This document shows positions 50,610-63,085 of a stretch of DNA of 64,000 bases, one piece after another. The notes below the pieces were generated by a model. The model saw only the letters and a program-made list of their open reading frames with translations. It was not told where the DNA came from and did no database searches. Source of the stretch: Mobula hypostoma (Eukaryota); NCBI RefSeq assembly GCF_963921235.1, contig NC_086097.1, positions 26,476,001-26,540,000 on the forward strand, written 5' to 3'. Made by a program: the position numbers and the translations under genes. Numbering within the stretch: position 1 is the stretch's first letter; each line of letters begins with the position of its first letter.

Positions 50610-50998
50610 GCTAAGCTGAGTAAGCCACGTTGTTCACATGCTCAAGATCTATTCCAAATTCTGTTATGGGAATACCAGATGGACAGAGTAAAAAGGTTCA
50701 AAGATAGACTCAAAACCTCTTTAAAACTCCTGCATCTCGCTGTATCCTGGGAATCTCGGGGAATTGCTGAAAGTGAAGTAGGAGCACTTAGGAATGAATT
50801 GAGAACCTCAGGGCACTGTACTGGAAGCACACAGAGACCCTATGTAAGTGAATACAACCTCACAAGCTATCCAAACATTGCCCCGTTGGCTACCACTTGC
50901 CCCATCCATGCCTGCCCCACTTGACTTCAGTAGCCATCTCAGAACACACCAAATCAGAACGGAAATAGGAGATTGTTGAGCCCAGAGGACTGCCTAGC
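50610..50998 (+). mobile_element. Old RTE LINE 3' fragment
   Basis: KRFKDRLKTSLK...SWE remnant and a 'gaggactgcc' end resembling RTE 3' termini. Confidence 0.5.
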
Positions 50999-51325
50999 AG
51001 CGAAGTCGTAGTGGTTCTAAACTACTTCATGCCCAATACATCAGCTAGTGCATCACCATCAATTATCAGGATGTTCAGTTCTGGTCATCTCATTATAGGA
51101 TGGATCTGGAGACTTCAGAGCGGGTGCAGAGGAGATTTACCACGATGACGCCTGGATTACAGAGCATGACTCATGAGGATAGGTTGAGTGAGCTAGGGAT
51201 TTTCCCTTTGATGAAAAATGAAGATTGACAGAGTTGTACAAGATGATAAGAGGCATAGATCAGGTGTACAGCCAGACCCTTTTCCCCCAGGACAGAATGG
51301 ATAATACCAGGGGGTCTAATTTTAA

Positions 51326-51435
51326 TTTAACATCGACTGTACTTCCTCCTATAGCAGCCTGGCCTGCTGCGTTCCACCAGCATTTTGTGTGTGTTCCTTG
51401 GATTTCCAGCTTCTGCAGATTTTCTCGTGTTTGCA
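51326..51435 (+). mobile_element. Short Penelope terminal-repeat insert with 12-bp TSD inside an older CR1
   Basis: GTCTAATTTTAA is duplicated at 51314-51325 and 51436-51447. Confidence 0.8.
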
Positions 51436-51603
51436 GTCTAATTTTAAGGTGATTGGAGGAAAGTATCAGGGGGATGTTAAATACGAGCTTTTTTATGCAG
51501 AGAGTGGAGGGTGTGTGGCATGCCCTGCCATGGGTGGTGGCAGAGACAAATCCATTGGGGCGTTTAAGAAACAGTTAGATAGGCACATGGTGAAGGAAGG
51601 CTG

Positions 51604-53802
51604 ATTGGAGAGAGAGAGGAACAGACAAGTTAGAAAAGCGTTAAATTGGAGTCAGGGGAATTATGAGGCTATCAGGCAGGAAATTGAAAGCTTAAATTGG
51701 AAACAGATGTTCTCAGGGAAAAGTTTGGAAGAAATGTGGCAAATGTTCAGGGGATATTTATGTGGAGTTCTGCATAGGTACGTTCCAATGAGACAGGGAA
51801 GTTATGGTAGGGTACAGGAACCATGATGTACAAAGGCTGTGATAAATCTAGTCAAGAAGAAAAGAAAAGCTTACAAAAGGTTCAGAGAGCAAGGTAATGT
51901 TAGAGATCTAGAAGATTATAAGGCTAATAGGAAGGAACTTAAGAAGGAAATTAGGGGAGCCAGAAGGGGCCATGAGAAGGCCTTGGCGGGCAGGATTAAG
52001 GAAAACCCCAAGGCATTCTACAAGTATGTGAAGACCAGGAGGATAAGACATGAAAGAATAGGACCTATCAAGTGTTACAGTGGGAAAGTATGTATGGAAC
52101 CGGAGGAAATAGCAGAGGTACTTAATGAATACTTTACTTCAGTATTCACTATGGAAAAGGATCTTGGTGATGGTAGTGCTGACTTGCAGCAGACTGAAGA
52201 GCTTGAGCATGTAGATATTAAGAAAGAGGGTGTGCTGGAGCTTTTGGAAAGTATCAAGTTGGATAAATCGCCAGGACCAGATAAGATGTACCCCAGGCTA
52301 CTGTGGGAGGCAAGGGAGGAAATTACTGAGCCTCTGGCAATGATCTTTGCATCATCAATGGGGACAGGAGAGGTTCTGGAGGATTGGAGGGTTGCAGATG
52401 TCGTTCCTTTATTCAAGAAAGGGAGTAGAGATAGCCCAGTGAGTCTTACCTCAGTGGTTGGTAAGTTGATGGAGAAGATCCTGAGAGGCAGGATTTATGA
52501 ACATTTGGAGAGGTATAATATGATTAGGAATAGTCAGCATGGCTTTGTCCAGAGCAGGTCGTGCCATATGAGCCTGATTGAATTTTTTGAGGATGTGACT
52601 AAACACATGGATAAAGGAAGAGCAGTAGATGTATATGGATTTCAGCAAGGCATTTGATAAGGTACCCCATGCAAGGCTAATTGAGAAAGTAAGGAGGCAT
52701 GGGATCCAAGGGGACATTGCTTTGTGGATCCAAAACTGGCTTGCCCACAGAAGGCAGTGGTTGTAGATGGGTCATATTCTGCATGGAGGTCGGTCACCAG
52801 TGGAGTGCCTCAGGGATCTGTTCTGGGACCCTTAATCTTCGTGATTTTTTATAAATGACCTGGATGAGGAAGTGGAGGGAGGGGTTAGTAAGTTTGCTGA
52901 TGACACAAAGGTTGGAGGTGTTGTGGATAGTGTGGAGGGCTGTCAGAGGTTACAGCGGGACACTGATAGGATGCAAAACTGGGCAGAGAAGTGGCAGATG
53001 GAGATCAACCCAGATAAGTGTGAGCTGGTTCATTTTGGTAGGTCAAATATGACGGCAGAATATAGTATTAATGGTAAGACTCTTGGCAGTGAGGAGGATC
53101 AGAGGGATCTTGGGGTCTGATACCATAGGACACTCAAAGCAGCTGCGCAGGTTGACTCTGTGGTTAAGAAGGCATACAGTGTATTTGGCCTTCATCAATC
53201 ATGGAATTGAATTTAGGAGCCGAGAGGTAATGTTGCAGCTATACAGGACTTTAGTCAGACCCCATTTGGAGTACTGTGCTCAGTTCTGGTCGCCTCACTA
53301 CAGGAAGGATGTGGAAACCATCGAAAGAGTGCAGAGGAGATTTACAAGGATGTTACCTGGATTAGGGAGCATGCTTTATGAGAACAGGTTAAGTAAACTC
53401 GGCCTTTTCTCCTTGGAGCGATGGAGGATGAGAGGTGACCTGATAGAGATGTATAAGATGATGAGAGGCATTGATCGTGTGGATAGTCAGAGGCTTTTTC
53501 CCAGGGCTGAAATGGTTGCCATAAGAGAACACAGGTTTAAGGTGCTGGGGAGTAGGTACAGAGGAGATGTTAGGGGTAAGTTTTTTTACTCAGAGAGTGG
53601 TGAGTGCATGGAATGGGCTGCTGGCAACAGTGGAGGAGGCGGATACGATAGGATCTTTTAACAGACTTTTGGACAGGTATATGGAGCTTAGAAAAATAGA
53701 CGGCTATAGGTAAGCCTAGTAATTTCTAAGATAGGGATATGTTCAGCACAACTTTGAGGGCCGAAGGGCCTGTATTGTGCTGTAGGTTTTCTATGTTTCT
53801 AT
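51604..53802 (+). mobile_element. CR1 LINE, about 2.2 kb of ORF2 (RT) with 3' tail, nested in an older CR1
   Basis: [52 protein letters not shown] and LVRPHLEYC motifs; (TTCTATGT)n tail. Confidence 0.95.
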
Positions 53803-54799
53803 GTAAGAGGGGTTAGATTGATCTTATTAGAGTAGGTTAAAAGATCGTCATGACTGAAGGGCCTTTACTGTGCTGTTATGTTCGATATTCTTAATTAAAC
53901 TGGGCAGAAGTGCTCAGCAGGCACAATATCTTATTTATAAGCAATCTACCTCATAGTAATGTACATGAAAAGTTGCATTGCTGTCACCTTACTTCAGAAG
54001 GGTGCCAAATCAAATACAGATCAAGCCCTGGGCATGATCTATAGTAAATACTCCATTAGAAAATTACTTTTAATTTGTATATTAAACTGACCTACTTAGC
54101 TGCCACCTCAGGAGGATGTTAAAATACCCAGGACACTATGCAAACAAGAGCACACGACTTTTCTAAGCTATAATGCATTCCTCAAGCCGCATGACAAACA
54201 TTTACTCATTCTCTTATCAGAACCTGTGAAATGATTTGGAATCCATTTTCAACACATCAAAAGGTTTTAACAGTTATATATAAAAAACACTACAAGATAA
54301 CACAAGGGATTGTGAAAGGCACTACATATAAACCATCCTCATTTCCTTAAATTGCCTTTATCAGTTAAGTTGGAAAATACACAAGAATATGGTAACCTTT
54401 ACAATACAGCAATGATTGGCATCAAACATACTTAAGACCGACAAGAATGAGTAAGTGGAGACAGGAAGGAGAATGTGTGAGTGAGTGCAAGTGAGCGAGA
54501 GTTAGCGATATAGGTGGTAGGGGAGGGAGGGACACAGACAGAGGGTGGGCTTAGAAAAAGAATTGAATTGAATTGACTTTATTACTTACATGCTTCAAAT
54601 ATACGGAGAGTAAAATTCTTTACGTTACGTCTCTGTTCAAATATGCAATGTGCAATTATAGTAATTTATAATAAATATTATGTACAACAGGACAGTCAAT
54701 ATAACATAGAAATACAGTTGCATCAGCATGAATTAATCAGTCTGATGGCCTGGTGGAAGAAGCTGTCCCGGAGCCTGTTGGTCCTGGCTTTTATGCTGC

Positions 54800-55325
54800 A
54801 GTCGTCGTCATGGCTGTCCCTCGAGGTCGAGGATGATGGTCTTTGTTCTGTTGATCTATTTTATGGGCTCTCAAGTGGCTTATGAGTCCAATCTTGGCTT
54901 TGAAAGTTCTTCTGCATTCAGGACAGGTAGTTCCAGATGGCAGATCAGGCTTTGGTTTTGCTGCCTCTCTTTCCATTTTCTTCTCTTTTCTTCTAATTCT
55001 GCACATCTGTTGGCTTCAAAAGTTGCTGTTCCTTCTCAGATGATGGCTTGCCAGAGTTTCCTGTCCTTGGCATTGGTTTCCCAATTGTTGATGTCGATGT
55101 TACATTTCTTCATCCCCAATTTCCCCCGGGATCAATAAAGTATGACTATGACTATGACTATGAATCTCTTCTGTTGTCTGCCTCTTTTACGTTTGCCTTC
55201 TTTAAGCTGGGAGTAGAAGATTTGTTTCAGCAGACGTTCGTCTTTCATCCGAACGACATGACCGCTCCATCTTACTTGGTTCTTGATGACGTCGGCTTCA
55301 ATGCTTGTTGTTTTTGCCTCATTTA
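54800..55325 (-). mobile_element. RTE-clade LINE 3' fragment inserted in a Rex1-type element (about 54563-55577, minus)
   Basis: QVRWSGHVVRM.D.RL.KQIFYSQL..GKR.RG.Q.KRF, a C-terminal C2H2 finger CPECRRTFKAKIGLISHLRAH, and a (GAC)n tail. Confidence 0.88.
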
Positions 55326-55326
55326 G

Positions 55327-55429
55327 CAAACTGTTCCAGCTGCTACCATCCGGAAAACGGTACCACAGCATCGCAGGCAATGTGGTGCTGTGGTACCGTT
55401 TCCAGGATGGTAGCAGCTGGAACAGTTTG
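55327..55429. repeat. Near-perfect 46-bp inverted repeat (hairpin)
   Basis: 55327-55372 versus 55384-55429: 3 mismatches, 11-nt spacer. Confidence 0.93.
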
Positions 55430-56029
55430 TGGTTGGCGTGACTCGGTCTCCAATGACCCTTCGGGCCTTTTTTACATCCTTGTCTTTGTAAATGTCTTGA
55501 ATAGTGGGAAGTTCACAACTACAGATGCTCTGGGCTGTCCGCACCACTCTCTGCAGAGTCCTGTAATTGAGGGACTTGAAAATCTAGGTCTGACATTTGT
55601 TAAAACGAATTTGTTAAATACATTCGTACACTGGACTTTTAAATTTAACTATACTGTTGGAGCTCAATCACTTGTAGGAGGTGTCCATAAGATGCCTATC
55701 TGTAACATGGGTGCCGCCTGTAAATACAAGTCCATTTTTAATATATTTCTGAAAAGTGAAAATTGTTTTCTAAGCAAATATTTACTTTTCACCTATCATT
55801 GCCAATGATAACTGAGAACTTCATTTTCAGGGAGTAGTTAGGAGCCAAACGCAGATCTGGAAGTATAATAAAGGTTAGGCTGGTAAAAAGTAACGTATTT
55901 CCTTCTCCAAAGGACAGTAAAAACTAGTTAGTTCTTAAAGAACAGTCCAGTAGCTTCAATGTCACTGTTACCAATGCTAGCTTTTATTCTAATTTATTTA
56001 ACTGAATTTAAATTCACTAGTTACCATAG

Positions 56030-57438
56030 TTACCAGTGACCCTGTGATCTCTGTCTCAGAGGCCAATGTTAGGCTGTCTTTCAGGAGGGTGAACTCTTGC
56101 AAGGCAGAAGGCCCAGATGGAGTACCTGGTAAGGCTCTGAAAACTTGTGCCAGCCAACTGGTGGGAGTATTCAAGGACAGTTTCAACCTCTCACTGCTAC
56201 GGTCAGAAGTTCCTACCTGCTTCAAAAGGGCAATAATTATACCAGTGCCCATGAAGAGTAGTGAGAGCTGCCTTAATGGCTATTGTCCAGCATTACTCAC
56301 GTCCACAGTGATGAAATGCTTTGAGAGGTTGGTCATGGCTAGAATCAACTCCTCCCTCAGCAAGGACCCAATGCAATTTGCCTATCATCACAAAAGGTTG
56401 ACGTCGGATGCAATCTCATTGCCTCTTCACATGACCTTAGATCACCTGGACAATACAACACTTATGTCAGGGTGCTGTTTATTGATTATAGCTCAGCGCT
56501 CAACACCATCACTCCTACAGTCCTGACTGATAAACTACAAAACCTGGGCCTCTGTACTTCCCTCTGCAATTGGATCCTCAACTTCCTAACTGGAAGACCA
56601 CAATCTCTGCGGATTGGAAATATCTCCTCCTTGCTGATGACCAACACTAATGCACCTCAGGGATGTGTGCTTAGCCCACTGCTCTACTCTCTCCATACCA
56701 ATTACTGTGTGGCTAGGCATAGCTCAAATCCCATCAATAAATTTGCTGGCGATACAACCATTGTTGGCAGAATCTCAGATGGAGACAAAAAAGGCATATA
56801 GGAGTGAAACATACCAGCTAGTTGACTGGTGTTACAGCAATAACCTTGTACACAGTGTCAATAAGACCAAGGAGCTGATTGTGGACTTCAGGAAGGGTAA
56901 GACAAGGGAACACGAACCAATCCTGATAGAGAAGTGGAGACAGGTAGCCATTTCAAGTTCCTGGGTGTCAATATCTCTGAGGATCTAACCTGGTCCCAAT
57001 ATATCAATGCAGCTATAAAGAAGGCAAGACAGCGGCTATATTTCTTTGGGAGTCTGAGGAGATTTGATGTGATTGTCTCCTAAAACATCTGAAAACTTCC
57101 ACAGATGTACCGTGGAGAGCATTCTGACAGGCTGAATCCCTGTCTGGTATGGGGGTGTGGGAGAAGGGGGGAGCTACTGAACAGGATCAAAAGAAAACTA
57201 CAAAAGTTGTAAAATTAGTCAGCTCCATCATGGGTACTAGCTTGCTTAGTATGCAAAACATCTTCAAGGAGCAGTGCCTCAGAAAGGCGACGTCCATTAT
57301 TAACACACAGACTTACTGTCATGGATTTACTTACTTTTTGCTATATTTCACCATGTATTACATTGTACTGTTGTCTCTAAGTTAACAAATTTCACGACAT
57401 ATGCTGGTGATATTAAACCCGATTCTGATTCTGATTCT
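56030..57438 (+). mobile_element. Rex1/Babar-type LINE RT fragment
   Basis: [37 protein letters not shown] and KFAGDTT motifs; (GATTCT)n tail. Confidence 0.9.
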
Positions 57439-57571
57439 GTAGGGTTTAAATTTCTGATGAAGGGTTTCAATGACTATCCAATTCTCTCCAGAGATGCTGC
57501 CTGGCCTGCTGAGTTCCTTGTTGCTTCAGATTCCAGCATCTGTTGTCACTTGTAACTCCTCTTTAAATTTA

Positions 57572-58082
57572 GAAACATAGAAAACCTACAGCACAATACA
57601 GGCCCTTTGGCCCACAAAGTTGTGCCGAACATGTCCCTACCTTAGAAATTACTCAACTTCCCCATAGCCCTCCATTTTTCTAAGTTCCATGTACCTATCC
57701 AAAAGTCTCTTAAAAGACCCTATCATATTTGCCTCCACCACCATTGCCAGCAGCCCATTCCACGCACTCACCACTCTCCGAGTAAAAAACTTACCCCTGA
57801 CATCTCCTCTGTACCTACTCCCCAGTACCTTAAACCTGTGTCCTTTTGTGGCAACCATTTCAGCCCTGGGATAAAGCCTCTGCCTATCCACATGATCAAT
57901 GCCTCTCATCATCTTATACACCTCTATCAGGTCACCTCTCATCCTCCATCACTCCAAGGAGAAAAGGCTGAGCTCACTCAACCTGTTTTCATAAGGCACG
58001 CCCCCTAATCCAGGCAACATCCTTGTAAATCTCCTCTGCACCCTTTCTATGGCTTCCACATCCTTCCTGTAGTAAAGCGACT
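57572..58082 (-). mobile_element. CR1 3' fragment, same subfamily as 51604-53802, inverted
   Basis: ORF 57649-57942 is very similar to the end of ORF 53071-53661; matching tail. Confidence 0.9.
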
Positions 58083-58391
58083 GGAACTGATTTCTGAACA
58101 TTTTGCCCTGATCACTGAATTATTTAAAAAAAACTCTCTGGCAAGTTAAGAGGAGAATTTCAAATGGAACTGCAAATCTAATGTGAGCCCACATACTCAG
58201 TAGAGGAGAAATGAAAACAGAAGGAAAATCAAACAACTCTGGTTACACAAGGGATTCTGCCCATGCTAGAAATCCAGAGCAACACACACAAAATGCCGGA
58301 GGAACTCAGCAGTTCAGGCAGCATCTATGGAGAGGGGTGAACAGTCGACATTTTGGCCCAAGGCTCTTCATCATAACTGGAAAGGAAGGAT

Positions 58392-59045
58392 TCTCTAAAG
58401 GGTAACTGGCAATTTGGCAAGTGGAGCTGGTTGTAAGGAAGGCAAATGTAATGTTAGCATTCAATCTGAGAGGATTAGAATATAAAAGCAAGGATGTAGT
58501 ACCGAGAATTTATAAGGCATGGGTCAGACAACACTTGGAATATGATGCGCTGTTTTGGGCCTCTTATCTAAGAAAGTACATGCTGGCATTGGAGACGGTC
58601 CAGAGAAGGTTCACATGAACAATCCTGGGAAATGTACGAGGAGCATTTGATGACTCTGGAGTTTAAGAAGAATGAGGGGGAATTGACACCTATCAAATAT
58701 TGAAAGGCCTAGATAAAGTGGATGTGGACAGGATGTTTCCATAGTGGGGGAATCTAGGACCAAAGGGCACAGCCTCAGAAATCAAGGATGTCCCTTTAGA
58801 ACAGAGATGAGGAGGAATTTCTTTAGCAAGGGGGTGGTGAATCAGTGGAAATCATTATCACGGTCTGCAGTGGAGGCCAAGTCACCAGGTATCCTTAAAG
58901 CGAAGGTTGATAGGTTCTTGACTGGTAAGGGTGTCAAAGGTTACAACGTGAAGGCAGGGGAATGGGATTGAGGGGCATAATAAATCAAACGTGATAGAAT
59001 GACAGAACAGATTCACTGGGCCAAATGGCCTAATTCTGCTCCTCT
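58392..59045 (+). mobile_element. CR1 3' fragment
   Basis: KANVMLAF..RGLEYKSKDV, RTKGHSL and RRNFFS motifs. Confidence 0.85.
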
Positions 59046-59471
59046 GTCAACACTTAAAGAGAGTTTGGATAAGTACATGGATGGCAGGGGTATGGCGGGC
59101 TATGGTCCAGGTGAGGGTCAATAGGACTAGGTAGACTATCAGTTTGGCATGGTCTAGATGGGCCAAAGGGCCATTTTTAAGACTGAAGCACTCTATGACT
59201 GTATGACTTTATATGTGACAATAGGAAACAATTAACATGTGACCAATATATCAAGTGGATGTCTACTGAAACATAGGTATGATATAGAGATTTAAGATTG
59301 TTTATTGCCAATTTTCAGTACACAGGGGTAAAGGAAAATGAAATGATTGTTGCTCCAGATCTGATACAGCATGAAGAAATACAATAAACAAAAAATGCAA
59401 TAAATATAAATATAAAAGCAATTGTATAAACACAATGTAGATGTACTCATTATATAGACAAACTGATTGTG

Positions 59472-61066
59472 TAGTTGCAAAAAAAGGTTTGTGAACTCTT
59501 TGCAATTACCTGGTTTTCTGCATTAATTACTCACAAAATGTGGTCTGATCTTCACCCAAGTCCAAATAATAGGCAAACACAATCTTGCCTAAACTAATAA
59601 AACACAAACAATTGTACTACTTCTCGTCAGTACTGAGTACATCATTTAAACAATCACAGTCTAGATTCAAAAAAGTGTGTGAACCTATGGGGCAATGCCT
59701 TCTACAAAAGCTATTTGTAGTCAGGTGTTCCAATCAATAAGATGAAATTGGAGGTATGGGTTGTAGAGGTGCCCTGCCCTATAAAACAGACACATCAATT
59801 CAGGTTATTGACAGAGCTCACTCTTCTCAAGAAAGATCTGTTTATGTGCACCATCCCTCAATCAAAATAACTTTCAGAGGACCTTAGAAGAAAACTGTAG
59901 AGATGCGTGAAGCTGGAACAGGCTGCAAAAGCATTTCTAACGACCTGATTGTTTATCAGTCCACAGTAAGAGAAACTGTCTACAAATGGAGGAAACTCAG
60001 TACTGTTGTTATTCTCTCCCGGAGTGGGTGTCCTGCAAAGATCACACCAAGAGCACAACGTGCAGTGCTGACTGAGGTGGGAAAAAAAACTGAGTAACAG
60101 CAAAAGACCCGCAGAAATCTCTAGAACTTGTTAAAGTCTTTGTTCATGTGTCCACTATAAGAAAAACGGTGAACAAGAATGGTGTTTGTGGAAGGACACC
60201 ACAGAAGGAACCACTGCTCTCCAAAAAATAATATTGCTGCTCGTCTCAAGTATGCAAAAGACCACATGGATGTTCCCTAATGCTTCTGGGACAACGTTCT
60301 GTGGACAGATGAGACAAAAGTTGAACTTTTGGGTGGAAACGTACATTATGATTGGAGGAAAAAGGGCACAGCACAGCAACACCAAAACCTCATCTGAACT
60401 GTGAAACATGGTGGAAGGAGCTTCATGGTTTGGGGCTGCTTTGCTGCCTCAGGGCCTGCACAGCTTGCAATTGTTGAGGGAACAATAAATTCAAAATTGT
60501 ATCAAGATATTTTACAGGAGAATGTTAGGGTAGCAGTCCATCATTTGAAACTTAATAGAAGTTGGATAATGCAACAGGACAATGATCTGAAAGACAAGAG
60601 TAAATCAACAACAGAATGGTTTAAAAGGAAGAAAATTCATGTTATGGAATGGCCAAGTCAGAGTCTAGAGCTTAACCCAACTGAGATGACCTGAAGAAGG
60701 CTGTTCATGCAAGATATCCCAGAAATATTGATGAACTGAAGCAGTTTTGTATGGAGGAATGGTCTAAAATCCCTCCTTGCTGTTGTGCAAGTCTGATCAG
60801 TAGCTACAGGAAATGTTTGATGGATGTTGTTGCTGCGAAAGGAGGTTCTATCAGTTATTAAATACAAGGGTCCACAAACTTCTTTGAATCTAGACTACAA
60901 TTGTTTAAATGGTGTGCTCAGTATTGGCAAGAAGTAGTACAATTGTTTGTGTCTTATTAGTTTAGGCAGATTGTGTTTGCCTATTATTTTGACTTAGATG
61001 AAGATCAGACCACATTTTATGAGTAATAAATGCAGAAAAGAGTTCACAAACTTTTCCTTACAACTG
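59472..61066 (+). mobile_element. Tc1 transposon (Frog Prince-like), decayed
   Basis: TIRs (T)AGTTGCAAAAAAAGGTTTGTGAAC and GTTCACAAACTTTTCCTTACAACTG. Peptides RSGCPAKITPRAQR, WTDETK, KHGGRSFMVWGCF, QQDND and WPSQS. Confidence 0.9.
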
Positions 61067-62496
61067 TGTGTACATAAAGTGACACTGAGTGAAGTGTATG
61101 TAGTGGGGGTGGGGGTGTTAATGAGTGAAATATTCATCAGCCTTGATGGCTTGAGGGAAGTAACTGATTTTGAGTTCAGTGGTCCTGATCTGGATGCTGC
61201 ACAGCCTCTTCCCTGATGGGAGTGGGATCAACATGAAAAGGGTGGGTGAGATTTTTCACCATTTTCTGGCACCATTCTGAATATACTTCTAAGATGGTGA
61301 GTAGGCTGGTGCTGGTGATGCATTAGGAAAACAGTTTGAACTCAGAAGCACGAAGCTTGGACTAGTTCTGCATTTTTGCCAGTGTGCATCCCCAAAAGGG
61401 TTAACAGACGGTATCTCACCAAAGTGACCATACTAGCAGAAAATCAACAAGCAGATCAATGTGCAAGCAGAACACCAATGAGGATCCTGAGAGAACATCA
61501 AAATCATAAAATCGCAAGACATAGGAGTAAAATTAGGCCATTCAACCTATAGTCTGCTCCACCATTCGATCATGGCTGATTCATAACCTCTCTCAACCCT
61601 ATTCTCTCACCTTCTCCCTGTAACCTTTAACACCCTTACTAATCACGGATCTATCAACCTCTGCTCTGTCTAAGCTTCAGACCTGCAAAGCAGACACATG
61701 GCCGTTCCCAGAAATCTGCAGACAGAAATTGGTTCAGTGAGTGAACACATTCAGTGCCACGCCAAGTTGGTGGTTTATGCACAGTTTAAAATTCTTTTTG
61801 ATGAAAGGTCTTGGCCCAAAACATCGACTGTTTACTCTTTCCCATCGAAGCTGCCTGGCCTGCTGAGTTCCTCCAGCATTTATAATGTGTTGCTTGGATT
61901 TACAGCATCTGTATATTTTCTCGTGTTTGTATTAAATTCTTTTACTTGCTTTGAACTGAACTATGAAAGAACATCTAAGGAGCTGAAGATAAAACTGATC
62001 CTATTTACTATTTAGATCTCTGTGGTATCGCCACTATGCTTTGGCCAGTAACATACACTAGTAATTTTCGGAACAGATATGATCTTGTTTCTGCCTTCTG
62101 GGATCATACTGCCGGCTGCATTTGATTCAGTACAACAGTGACAACGCTTCATTTACCGAACACACTTCAGATTATCTTGAAATTGGTAAGGCAATAAACA
62201 AATACAAACTTGTTTTTCCTCTGTGCCTAGTAAAATCACACTGAATGGAGACATTCTTAAAAAAATAACTATCTTGTCAGAGAATCTCTTCACACTCTCC
62301 CTGCTCAATTTTATGACAGCAAAAGCCTTCCATTACCTTTACAAATGAAAAATTAAGAGTCAAATTTCAGGTGGTTTTTAAGTTATCTTTAGTGTCAAAA
62401 GTATAAGGTTTATTATAATATATATCAGCTTATAACTCCACAGCCTATTATCCTCACTACTGGAAAATACCAAAAATAGGCTCAATACATTTCTGA

Positions 62497-63085
62497 AAGT
62501 TGTACAAGGCCTTGGTGAGACCACATCTGGAATATTGTGTGCAGTTTTGGTCCCCTAATCTGAGGAAAGACATCCTGGCCATAGAGGGAGTACAAAGATG
62601 GTTCACCAGATGGATTCCTGGGATGGCAGGACTTTCATATGATGAAAGACTGGATCGACTAGGCTTATACTCGTTGGAATTTAGAAGATTGATTGGGGAT
62701 CTTATTGAAACATATAAAATCCTAAAGGGATTGGGCAGGCTAGATGCAGGAAGATGGTTCCCGATGTTGGGGAAGTCCAGAACGAGGGGTCACAGTTTGA
62801 GGATAAAGGGGAAGCCTTTCAGGACCGAGATTAGGAAAAACTTCTTCACACAGAGAGTGGTGAATCTGTGGAATTCTCTGCCACAGGAAACAGTTGAGGC
62901 CAGTTCATTGGCTATACTTAAGAGGAAGTTAGATATGGCCCTTGTGGCTAAAGGGATCGGGGGTATGGGGGTAAGGCTGGTACAGGGTTCTGAGTTGGAT
63001 TATCAGCCATGATCATACTGAATGGCGGTACAGGCTCGAAGGGCCGAATGGCCTACTCCTGCACCTATTTTCTATGTTTCTATGT
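62497..63085 (+). mobile_element. Young CR1 3' fragment
   Basis: Uninterrupted 170-aa ORF (YKALVRPHLEYCVQFW...) and (TTCTATGT)n tail. Confidence 0.92.

Noticed and set aside
51326..51345. Insert 5' end defined exactly by ribozyme cleavage
   Set aside because: The insert retains about 6 nt (AACATC) upstream of the predicted cleavage site, so it does not start at the scissile bond.
54791..55006. Host C2H2 zinc-finger microprotein
   Set aside because: It is the C-terminal finger of the RTE ORF, contiguous with RTE RT-distal motifs and the tail.
56020..56033. Third X-box (GTTACCATAGTTAC)
   Set aside because: It sits at a LINE 5' junction within a short GTTACCA duplication and is likely an insertion by-product.
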